Below are positions 1-7,925 of a stretch of 24,000 nt of DNA, one piece after another; the first letter of the stretch is position 1, and each line of letters begins with the position of its first letter. Position numbers and translations under genes: made by a program. Under the pieces are notes generated by a model. That model did not search any database. It saw only the letters and a program-made list of their open reading frames with translations, and was not told the origin of the DNA. This DNA is from Caminicella sporogenes DSM 14501 (GTDB taxonomy: Bacteria > Bacillota > Clostridia > Peptostreptococcales > Caminicellaceae), in contig NZ_FRAJ01000003.1 in the NCBI RefSeq assembly GCF_900142285.1, forward strand, positions 233,262-257,261. The letters run 5' to 3'.

Positions 1-516
1 TACTCCAATTTCATGTATAATATTTGTTATTTCAGCTTCAATAGATTTATTTTTATTATTGCTATTATTATATAAAGATTCTACATTTGAAATACTAAAT
101 TCTTTCAATGGTCTTTTTCTTTCAATATTTATTTGCATATTCCCTGCTATTTGTCTAATTCTCTTTATAAACACTTCAAAATCAAAAGGCTTTACTACAT
201 AATAATCTGCTCCAAGATTAATCGCCTTTTGTGTTATTCTATCCTGACCCACCGCAGATAGAACTATTACCTTTGGTATTTTTTCTAAATCTAATGAGTT
301 TATTTTTTCAAGAACTCCTAAACCATCTAAATGCGGCATGATAATATCTAATATCAATACATCAGGAATTTCCTTAGATAAAAATTCAATAGCTTCTATA
401 CCATCTTTAGCCACACCTATTATTTCTAAATCTTCTTGCTTACTTAAATATTCATATAGAATATCACAAAAATCCTTATTATCATCTGCTATCAATATTT
501 TTATATTTCTATTCAC
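1..516 (-). CDS. spo0A: Spo0A sporulation master response regulator (5' part only; C-terminus lies beyond the window edge)
   Basis: The minus-strand frame is open to position 1. My translation from GTG at 514-516 reads VNRNIKILIADDNKDFCDILYEYL...DVLILDIIMPHLDGLGVLEKI...VIVLSAVGQDRITQKAINLGADYYVVKPFDFEVF...EAEITNIIHEIGV. This is a CheY-type receiver followed by the start of the Spo0A-specific IIHEIGVP helix. An AGGGGG RBS lies 8 nt upstream. The gene follows spoIVB, as in Bacillus and Clostridium. Confidence 0.9.
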   Translation of the reverse strand, partial: MNRNIKILIADDNKDFCDILYEYLSKQEDLEIIGVAKDGIEAIEFLSKEIPDVLILDIIMPHLDGLGVLEKINSLDLEKIPKVIVLSAVGQDRITQKAINLGADYYVVKPFDFEVFIKRIRQIAGNMQINIERKRPLKEFSISNVESLYNNSNNKNKSIEAEITNIIHEIGV

Positions 517-559
517 TCCAAATACCCCCTTGAAATATGTCTAACACATTACTTAATTT

Positions 560-590
560 CAATTCGACACAAATTAAAAATATCCTTCTT
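560..590 (-). promoter_or_regulatory. Putative SigH-type promoter of spo0A with a perfect 0A box overlapping the -10 element
   Basis: The minus strand reads GAAGGATAT (plus 580-588), then 11 nt, then GTCGAAT (plus 562-568). This fits the AGGA-type -35 and GAAT-type -10 of SigH promoters. TGTCGAA (plus 563-569) is the consensus Spo0A box. The site lies about 45-70 nt upstream of the spo0A GTG. Confidence 0.4.
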
Positions 591-637
591 TATTTTGAAA
601 TATTTAAAAAATTTTATTGTAAGCTGATAAAATAAAT

Positions 638-663
638 AAAAAAAAGTTGAGAAATATCTCAAC
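638..663 (-). terminator. Rho-independent terminator after spoIVB
   Basis: The minus strand reads GTTGAGA-TATT-TCTCAAC followed by eight T. It begins 11 nt after the spoIVB stop codon (674-676). Confidence 0.7.
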
Positions 664-673
664 TAGTAGTAAT

Positions 674-1981
674 TTAACCCGTTTTTGCCAGTTCTCTATC
701 TATATAATTTTCAATACCTGATTCTTTTAACATCCATTCTATGAAAATACCATATCCCTTAGTTGGATCATTTACAAAAACATGAGTAACTGCACCAATT
801 ATTTTTCCATTTTGTATAATTGGACTACCACTCATTCCCTGAACTATTCCACCAGTTTTTCGCAATAATTCTTTATCTGTTATTCTTATTATCATACTTT
901 TATTACCCATTCTCTTTTGTCTATTTATTTTTTCAATTTCTATATCATATTCCTTAATTTTATTATCATCTGTTGTAGTCAATATTTTAGCTTTTCCTAG
1001 CTTAATTTCATTTTGAAGTCCTATCTCCAAAGGTCTATTATATTTAGTCCTAACAGGCTCTTTGTATAATTTCCCATAAATTCCATAACTTGTATTTCTA
1101 TCTAATTTTCCTAGAGGTTCTGTGGTTTCTAAAAATATACCTCTTATTTCTCCTGCATGTCCTCTTTTTCCTTGTTTTATAGATACTACTCTAGATTTAA
1201 CTATTTCTCCATTTCCTACTGATAATATTTGTCCTGTTTCAACATCAGAAATTGCATGTCCAAGTGCTCCATATATTTTTGTATTAGGTTCGTAAAAAGT
1301 AAGTGTTCCAACTCCTGCAGTACTATCTTTTACCCAGAGTCCAATTTTATAATCATTATACAATATACTCTTTACTGGTTTTATAGTAAAATTCATTATA
1401 TGTTTATTTCTCTTAACTTTTATGTTTATATTTCTATCTTTATATTTGTTTATTATTTCTATAACATGTTCAGCATTTTTTACTTTTTCTCCTTCAATTT
1501 CTAATATACTATCGCCAATTTTCAATCCAGCATCTTGTCCTGGATTATGTTTTTGTTTATCTACTCCAACTATTTCTTCTAAACCAACAATTAATACTCC
1601 TCTAGTCTTTAATTTAACACCTATAGAATGTCCTCCCGGTATAACTTTTAGTCTCGGTAAAACATCTACTTCAAGCTTTTTTACTGGCACCAGACCAAAA
1701 AGATTTATTTGCAGATGAGCTTTTCCCTTTTTAAGCGGAATTATTTCTATCTCATTTTTCTGATTTGAATCTTTATCATCTAAATTACTTATACTTATTG
1801 TTTTATTACTATTTAAATTATTTATTTTAAATGGAAATCTTATATTTAATATCCTTCTCTTTCCTTCTATTACATTTATTTGACTAGGATAATTTAAATA
1901 TTCAATAAAATTTACTATTATAAAACTTAATAAAAAAGTAAATATACAAAATAAAATATTTTTTTTATTTGCTATCTTCAA
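674..1981 (-). CDS. spoIVB: SpoIVB stage IV sporulation signalling serine peptidase (S55)
   Basis: The 435-aa ORF has an N-terminal TM segment and a PDZ-like region (GVKLKTRGVLIVG...DAGLKIGDSILEIEGEKV). The peptidase core reads GTLTFYEP...GALGHAI...GMSGSPIIQNGKIIGAVTHVF. The TTG start is 10 nt after GGAGG. Its position directly upstream of spo0A is conserved. Confidence 0.9.
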   Translation of the reverse strand: MKIANKKNILFCIFTFLLSFIIVNFIEYLNYPSQINVIEGKRRILNIRFPFKINNLNSNKTISISNLDDKDSNQKNEIEIIPLKKGKAHLQINLFGLVPVKKLEVDVLPRLKVIPGGHSIGVKLKTRGVLIVGLEEIVGVDKQKHNPGQDAGLKIGDSILEIEGEKVKNAEHVIEIINKYKDRNINIKVKRNKHIMNFTIKPVKSILYNDYKIGLWVKDSTAGVGTLTFYEPNTKIYGALGHAISDVETGQILSVGNGEIVKSRVVSIKQGKRGHAGEIRGIFLETTEPLGKLDRNTSYGIYGKLYKEPVRTKYNRPLEIGLQNEIKLGKAKILTTTDDNKIKEYDIEIEKINRQKRMGNKSMIIRITDKELLRKTGGIVQGMSGSPIIQNGKIIGAVTHVFVNDPTKGYGIFIEWMLKESGIENYIDRELAKTG

Positions 1982-2149
1982 AAGTTTTCACTCCTCCGCT
2001 TAACCACTCCTTTTTATAAAAGAAATAAAAAATGAAAATAAACTCTAATTATAATTTAGCCTAATTTAATACTCATTATTCTATATAAAATATAAGCGTT
2101 AAAGAATAAAAAAGTATATATATAAATTCTTATCAAAATTAGTTAAAAT

Positions 2150-2175
2150 AAAAAAAGTTGCTAAATTTTAGCAAC
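2150..2175 (-). terminator. Rho-independent (bidirectional-looking) terminator at the recN 3' end
   Basis: The minus strand reads GTTGCTAA-AAT-TTAGCAAC followed by TTTTTTT, with an A-tract on the other side. The recN TAG stop (2161-2163) lies inside the stem. Confidence 0.6.
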
Positions 2176-3897
2176 TTTTTTATTAAAACCTTCTTTTATT
2201 TTATTTGCCAGCTCTATCATTTCCTCAGCATTTTGCAGTGTTAAATCTGTTATATTATTACCTCCAATTAATCTGCTGATTTCTTCTATTCTTTCTTCTT
2301 CAGTCAATGTCTTAACTTTTGTCATAGTTTGATCATCATAAAAAACTTTTTCAATAAGTAAATGGTTATCAGCCATAACAGCTATTTGCGGAAGATGTGT
2401 AATTGAAATAACTTGATAATTAATAGCAATAAGAGCCATTTTTTCTCCTACAATATTAGCAGTCTTTCCACTAATTCCAGTATCAATTTCATCAAATATA
2501 AGAGTTGATATATTATCAACCTTTGCTAGTATGATTTTTAATGCTAACATTATTCTTGATATTTCTCCACCTGATGCCACTTTTGAAAGAGGCATTAACG
2601 GTTCACCGGGATTAGTAGAAATTAAAAATTCGACTTTATCAATTCCCTTTTGTGAAAAAATTAATTTACCTTCTTTATCAAGATTTGCAACAATATTTAC
2701 TTCAAACTTTGCTTTTTCAAGATTTAAATCTTTAAGTTCTTTCAAAATCTTTTCTTCAAAATCTTTTGCTACTTGCTTTCTAATCACCGTTAATTTATCA
2801 GCTAATTCAATATATTCTTCTTCACATTTTTTTATTTTTTCATTCAATACATTTATCTTATCAAAACTGCCTTCTATTTCTTTTAATTCATCAATGAGTT
2901 CATTTCTATAATTTAATATTTCTTCAATAGTATTTCCATACTTCCTTTTTAAATTATTAATTGTATCAAGTCTCATTTCTATTTCATTTAATCTCTCAGA
3001 ATCAAATGAAATATTCTCTAAATAATGCCTCATATCAGTAGAAATATCTTGAAGTCTATAGAATATATCTTGAACTTCACTATAAAAATTCAAAAGCTTT
3101 TCATCAAAACTCGATATTTTTTCTAATTTACTTAATACATTTGACAATACACTTGACACTGAATATTCATCATTATAATTAGATGAAATTTTATCATAAC
3201 TTTCACTTATAGTGGCAAAAATATTTTCAGCATTTTTTAACAGCTCATACTCTTTTAAAAGCTCTTCATCTTCATTATTTTTTAAATTACTAGAATCTAT
3301 TTCATTTATCTGAAATTTTATAAGGTCTATTCTTCGCTCTCTTTCCTTTTCATTTATACTGCTATATTTTTTTAATTCGCTTTTGTAAAGTTTTAATTCA
3401 TTATACTTTTCCTTTACCTTAATAGCAGTATCTTGTATTAATTTATTTCCGTATAAATCTAATAAATCAATATGATTTTCAGAATAAAGCAAAGATTGAT
3501 GTTCATGTTGACCGTGAATATCAATTAATAACTTAGATATTTTTTGTATAAATGCTAACTGTACTATTCTACCATTAACTCTGGATATACTTTTACCTGT
3601 ACCAAAAATTTCTCTTGTCAATATTAAAATATTATCTTCACAGTCTATACCATATTCATCTAATAGCTTCTTAACTTCTCTATTATCAATATCAAATACA
3701 GCCTCTATTATAGCTCTTTTTTTGCCAGTTCTAACAAAATTTTTATTTGATTTTCCGCCTAACGTAAGATTTATTGCATCAATAATTATCGATTTACCTG
3801 CACCTGTCTCACCTGATATAACATTAAAACCATTCGTAAATGAAATTTTAACTTTATCTATAAGTAAGAAATTCTCAATGCTAAGTTCAAGGAGCAT
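2161..3897 (-). CDS. recN: DNA repair protein RecN
   Basis: The ORF has a Walker A motif (GETGAGKSIIIDAI), a long coiled-coil middle and a C-terminal SMC signature plus Walker B (ASGGEISRIMLALK...LIFDEIDTGISG). I place the start at ATG 3897 (MLLELSIENF), 6 nt after AAGGAGG. The ORF-track TTG at 3903 abuts the RBS and is unlikely. Confidence 0.92.
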   Translation of the reverse strand: MLLELSIENFLLIDKVKISFTNGFNVISGETGAGKSIIIDAINLTLGGKSNKNFVRTGKKRAIIEAVFDIDNREVKKLLDEYGIDCEDNILILTREIFGTGKSISRVNGRIVQLAFIQKISKLLIDIHGQHEHQSLLYSENHIDLLDLYGNKLIQDTAIKVKEKYNELKLYKSELKKYSSINEKERERRIDLIKFQINEIDSSNLKNNEDEELLKEYELLKNAENIFATISESYDKISSNYNDEYSVSSVLSNVLSKLEKISSFDEKLLNFYSEVQDIFYRLQDISTDMRHYLENISFDSERLNEIEMRLDTINNLKRKYGNTIEEILNYRNELIDELKEIEGSFDKINVLNEKIKKCEEEYIELADKLTVIRKQVAKDFEEKILKELKDLNLEKAKFEVNIVANLDKEGKLIFSQKGIDKVEFLISTNPGEPLMPLSKVASGGEISRIMLALKIILAKVDNISTLIFDEIDTGISGKTANIVGEKMALIAINYQVISITHLPQIAVMADNHLLIEKVFYDDQTMTKVKTLTEEERIEEISRLIGGNNITDLTLQNAEEMIELANKIKEGFNKKVAKI

Positions 3898-3913
3898 ATA
3901 CAACCTCCTTTTC

Positions 3914-4363
3914 TTATTTCATCAATTTCTTAAAGTAACTAATCAGTTCTTCTACATCTTTATCTTCCCTAGCAAGTAAAAAGATAGTATCATCACCAGC
4001 TATTGTACCTACTACTTCTTTTATATTTAAAGCATCAATTGCTGCTGCAGCTGCATTAGCTGCTCCTACTAAAGTTTTAAGTACAATAATATTTTTAGAA
4101 TAATCTATAGATAACACAGAGTCCTTAAAAATCTTTATCAATCTATCAGATAATACACCTTCTTGCTGTTTTATTGTAGCATACTTGTATCTGCCATTTT
4201 TAGTTAATACTTTGATTAATCTTAATTCTTTAATATCTCTTGAAACTGTAGCTTGAGTAACATTAAAACCATTTTTTTTCAAGTATTCTGCTAATTCTTC
4301 TTGAGTTTCAATTTCATTATTTTCAATAATTTCAAGTATTTTAGCATGTCTTGAATACTTCAT
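3914..4363 (-). CDS. argR: Arginine repressor ArgR/AhrC
   Basis: The 149-aa ORF has a winged-helix N-terminus ([28 protein letters not shown]) and the ArgR C-terminal domain ([12 protein letters not shown]). It lies between tlyA and recN, as in B. subtilis (ahrC). Confidence 0.9.
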   Translation of the reverse strand: MKYSRHAKILEIIENNEIETQEELAEYLKKNGFNVTQATVSRDIKELRLIKVLTKNGRYKYATIKQQEGVLSDRLIKIFKDSVLSIDYSKNIIVLKTLVGAANAAAAAIDALNIKEVVGTIAGDDTIFLLAREDKDVEELISYFKKLMK

Positions 4364-4470
4364 AAATAACCTCCTGTTTTATATTTATAAAGAAAACGTT
4401 TTTTAAACACTAGATACTAATTCTATAATTATACTTAATATTCCTGCATAATTATAAATATTTCTAAAAG

Positions 4471-5280
4471 TTAAGAAAAATTCAAATGAGCTCTTTCAAC
4501 TACATCTTGAACTATTTTTTCTATATCCAATATTTCTTCAGATTTTTCATTAATGGTATAAGCAAGAAATTCTATATTTCCCTTAGGTCCTGTAATAGGC
4601 GAAAAAGTAACATATTTTATAGATAAACCCAAGTTTAAAGCAAATCTCAATATATCATACAATACTTCTTTATGTACTTTTTTATCCTTCACTACACCTT
4701 TTTTACCTATTTTACTTCTGCCAGCTTCAAACTGAGGTTTTATCAAAAATACTATTTCACCGCCATCTTTGACTACTTTCTTTACAACAGGTAAAACTAA
4801 TTTCAGTGATATAAAAGATACATCTATAGTTGCAAAATCTACTCTATCTCCAATATCATCAGGATTAACATATCTTATATTCGTTCTTTCCATGTTTATA
4901 ACTCTTTCATCTTGTCTTAATTTCCAGTCCAATTGTCCATATCCTACATCTACAGCATACACCTTACTTGCACCATTTTGCAGCATACAATCTGTAAAAC
5001 CACCAGTTGAAGCCCCGATATCCATAGCAATCTTATTAGTCAAATCGAGATTTAATTCATTTATAATTTTTTCTAATTTATATCCTCCTCTACTTACATA
5101 AGGCATTTCTTTTCCTCTAATTTCAATTTTCGAATCAACATTTACTTTCATACCTGACTTATCAATTTTTTCATTATTTACATATACAATACCAGCCATA
5201 AGTGCCCTTTTTGCTTTTTCCCTTGAAGAAAAGTAACCTCTTTCCACTAATAAAACATCTATTCTCTGTTTTTCACTCAT
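4471..5280 (-). CDS. tlyA: TlyA-family rRNA 2'-O-methyltransferase (S4 domain plus FtsJ-like methyltransferase)
   Basis: The N-terminus is S4-like (RIDVLLVERGYFSSREKAKRALMAG). A SAM-binding motif (MDIGASTGGFTD) follows. The position after dxs matches B. subtilis yqxC. Confidence 0.85.
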   Translation of the reverse strand: MSEKQRIDVLLVERGYFSSREKAKRALMAGIVYVNNEKIDKSGMKVNVDSKIEIRGKEMPYVSRGGYKLEKIINELNLDLTNKIAMDIGASTGGFTDCMLQNGASKVYAVDVGYGQLDWKLRQDERVINMERTNIRYVNPDDIGDRVDFATIDVSFISLKLVLPVVKKVVKDGGEIVFLIKPQFEAGRSKIGKKGVVKDKKVHKEVLYDILRFALNLGLSIKYVTFSPITGPKGNIEFLAYTINEKSEEILDIEKIVQDVVERAHLNFS

Positions 5281-5286
5281 CTATAT

Positions 5287-7158
5287 CTATATCTCCTTCT
5301 TTTTTAATAATTCTAATATACTCAAAGCAATACTTTTAAAATCTAATTTATATTCTTTAAAAAGAACATCTACACTTCCATGCTCTACAAATTTATCTGG
5401 AAAACCAAATATTTTAAACTTTTTACCCTTTATTCCATTTTCATTTAAAAGTTCAAGTACTCCACAACCAAAACCACCTGATTTCACATTATCTTCAAGT
5501 GTTATTACAGTATCAATATTTTTAATTTCATTCAATATAGTATCTTTATCTAATGGTTTTACAAATCTACTGTTTATTACAGTTGTCATTATACCTTCTT
5601 TTTCAAGTAATTTAGAAACTTCTAGTCCCGTTTTAACCATTTTTCCAATGGCTATAATGCACACATCTTTACCTTTTCTCAAAATTTCTGCTCTATCTAC
5701 ATTATTTTTTTCATCAATACATAAATCTTCACTAACTCCACGAGGATACCTAATAGCTATTGGACTTTCCTGCTTAAAAGCATATTCAAGCATTTTTTCA
5801 AGCTCTTTTCCATCTTTTGGTGCAAGAATTTTTAAATTTGGTATGTGTCTGAGATATGATAAATCAAAAACTCCATGATGAGTTTCACCATCTTGCCCAA
5901 CTATTCCTGCTCTGTCAATTGCAAAAACTACAGGCAAGTTTTGAAGACAAACATCATGAATAATTTGGTCATATCCTCTCTGAAGAAAAGTAGAGTAAAC
6001 TGCAAATACTGGTCTTATACCATTTGCCGCTAAACCTGCTGCAAAAGTAACTGCATGCTGCTCTGCTATCCCGACATCATAAAATCGTTCAGGAAATTTG
6101 CTGGCAAATAAACTTAATCCCGTTCCTGATGGCATAGCTGCAGTAATAGCAACTATTCTAGAATCTTTTTCAGCAAGTTTAACAAGAATTTCTCCAAATA
6201 TTTCTGAATAAGTTTTAGATGAATTTACCTTTAATTTTTTACCAGTTTGAATATTAAACGGTCCTATACCGTGAAATTTATCTGGATGTTTTTCAGCAAA
6301 GCTATACCCTTTTCCTTTTCTAGTTTTTACATGAACTAATATAGGTCCTTTAATATTTTTAGCTCTTTTAAAAACTTCTATTAAATCTTCAATATTATGT
6401 CCATTTACAGGACCTAAATAAGTAAATCCAAGTTCTTCAAATATAATACCGGGAACAAAAAAATATTTAATAGTATCTTTTGTCTTTTGAGCAGTTCTTA
6501 CCACTGATTCACCAATTGCCGGTATTTTTCTAAGTAAACTTTCTACATCATCTTTAACCTTAAAATACGTAGGTGCTGTTCTTATCCTATTTAAATATTT
6601 TGAGAGTCCTCCAACATTTTCAGAAATTGACATTTCATTATCATTTAATACAACTATAAAATCCGTTTTTGAATGACCCGCATGATTTAAAGCTTCAAAA
6701 GCCATTCCTCCTGTTAAAGCTCCATCACCTATTACAGATATTATTGAATATTTTTCTCCTTTTAAATCTCTCGCAAGTGCCATACCAAGTCCAGCTGAAA
6801 TAGAAGTACTGCTATGTCCTGTTTCAAAACTGTCATGTATACTTTCTTTAATCTTTGGAAAGCCACTTAAACCCTTAAACTGCCTTAATGTATCAAACTG
6901 TTCTTTTCTGCCAGTCAATATTTTATGTACATATGCTTGATGCCCAACATCCCATATTATTTTATCTTCTGGACTGTTAAAAACTTTATGCAGTGCAATA
7001 GTAAGTTCTACAACTCCTAGGTTTGAAGCTAAATGTCCTCCTGTAACAGATACTTTTTCAATCAAAAACTTTCTTATTTCACTTGACAATTTTTTTAATT
7101 CTAATAAATTCAGTTTTTTAAAATCGTCTAGCCCATTTATTTTAGATAAAATATTCAT
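5287..7158 (-). CDS. dxs: 1-deoxy-D-xylulose-5-phosphate synthase
   Basis: The 623-aa ORF contains GHLASNLGVVELTIALH, the TPP motif GDGALTGGMAFEALN...NDN, and DRAGIVGQDGETHHG. Full-length Dxs architecture. Confidence 0.95.
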   Translation of the reverse strand: MNILSKINGLDDFKKLNLLELKKLSSEIRKFLIEKVSVTGGHLASNLGVVELTIALHKVFNSPEDKIIWDVGHQAYVHKILTGRKEQFDTLRQFKGLSGFPKIKESIHDSFETGHSSTSISAGLGMALARDLKGEKYSIISVIGDGALTGGMAFEALNHAGHSKTDFIVVLNDNEMSISENVGGLSKYLNRIRTAPTYFKVKDDVESLLRKIPAIGESVVRTAQKTKDTIKYFFVPGIIFEELGFTYLGPVNGHNIEDLIEVFKRAKNIKGPILVHVKTRKGKGYSFAEKHPDKFHGIGPFNIQTGKKLKVNSSKTYSEIFGEILVKLAEKDSRIVAITAAMPSGTGLSLFASKFPERFYDVGIAEQHAVTFAAGLAANGIRPVFAVYSTFLQRGYDQIIHDVCLQNLPVVFAIDRAGIVGQDGETHHGVFDLSYLRHIPNLKILAPKDGKELEKMLEYAFKQESPIAIRYPRGVSEDLCIDEKNNVDRAEILRKGKDVCIIAIGKMVKTGLEVSKLLEKEGIMTTVINSRFVKPLDKDTILNEIKNIDTVITLEDNVKSGGFGCGVLELLNENGIKGKKFKIFGFPDKFVEHGSVDVLFKEYKLDFKSIALSILELLKKKEI

Positions 7159-7172
7159 ATAATACAGTCATC

Positions 7173-7814
7173 TCACTTTCCTTTTTTTTTGTTGACTTTC
7201 TTTTTCTTATTATTGGGCAGAATTCCTATTTTAAACTTATAACTCAACCAATTTAACAACTTTGCTACAAAAAATACTATTTCTTTTGATTTTCTCAGTG
7301 CAATTTCTTTTCCAAATGCTTTTCCTCCAACTGTTAAAGCAGCTACTACTGCACTTAATATTATACTAAATATAGCCGTATCAATGTTTTTATATATTTT
7401 ACTAATCTGTATAAGTATTATTGCTCCAGCAGCACCACTAATTATACCTGCTATATCTCCTATAACATCGTTACAAAAATTTGAAACCGGTCCTGCATTT
7501 TGTATTAATCTAATAGCTTCCTTTGCACCTTTAATACGCTTAGAAGCCATTGCATTAAAAGGTCTTTGGTCTGCCGTAGCTACTGCTATACCTATAAGGT
7601 CAAACACAATTCCTATGAATATAATAATAATTAAAACTAGAAAAGCTATTCCTATAGAAGCATTTCTAAGAAGTGCTTCAGAAATAATACTCATTCCTAT
7701 AGCTAAAATAAAAGTAATTATTGTAACATTTATAATCCATTTAAAATTATAATTTTTTATAGATTTTATAGCAATTTTTATACGATTTATTTTTTTTCTT
7801 TTAGTTTTATTCAA
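7173..7814 (-). CDS. oapA: Small 4-TM membrane protein with basic termini; candidate OLE-associated protein OapA
   Basis: The 213-aa ORF has four hydrophobic segments, including IGIAFLVLIIIIFIGIVFDLIGIAVA and VIGDIAGIISGAAGAIILIQI. The N-terminus is Lys/Arg-rich (MNKTKRKKINRIK) and the C-terminus is Lys-rich (NNKKKKVNKKKGK). The TTG start follows GAGGTG. It lies directly downstream of the structured RNA island and upstream of dxs, the position reported for oapA. The assignment rests on context and topology, not a verified alignment. Confidence 0.65.
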   Translation of the reverse strand: MNKTKRKKINRIKIAIKSIKNYNFKWIINVTIITFILAIGMSIISEALLRNASIGIAFLVLIIIIFIGIVFDLIGIAVATADQRPFNAMASKRIKGAKEAIRLIQNAGPVSNFCNDVIGDIAGIISGAAGAIILIQISKIYKNIDTAIFSIILSAVVAALTVGGKAFGKEIALRKSKEIVFFVAKLLNWLSYKFKIGILPNNKKKKVNKKKGK

Positions 7815-7897
7815 TGTTTATACCACACCTCATTAATAAAATAGTTTTTTATAAGACAACTTAATTACTATTTTGTTAAAATTTACCCACATTAATC

Positions 7898-7925
7898 AAA
7901 AAAAACTGATAGCAAAAGCCATCAG
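7898..7925 (-). terminator. Intrinsic terminator-like hairpin at the 3' end of the structured RNA
   Basis: The minus strand reads CTGATGGC-TTTT-GCTATCAG followed by eight T. One stem pair is G-U on the minus transcript but A-C on the plus strand, which supports minus-strand function. Confidence 0.6.

Noticed and set aside
1982-2160. SigF/SigG-type promoter for spoIVB
   Set aside because: GAATA, then 18 nt, then TAAATTA has the correct spacing for SigG. However, the -10 element fails the conserved CAT positions, so it is not reportable.
4364-4470. ARG box (ArgR autoregulatory operator) upstream of argR
   Set aside because: I found no convincing 18-bp TNTGAATWWWWATTCANW-like dyad in the leader.
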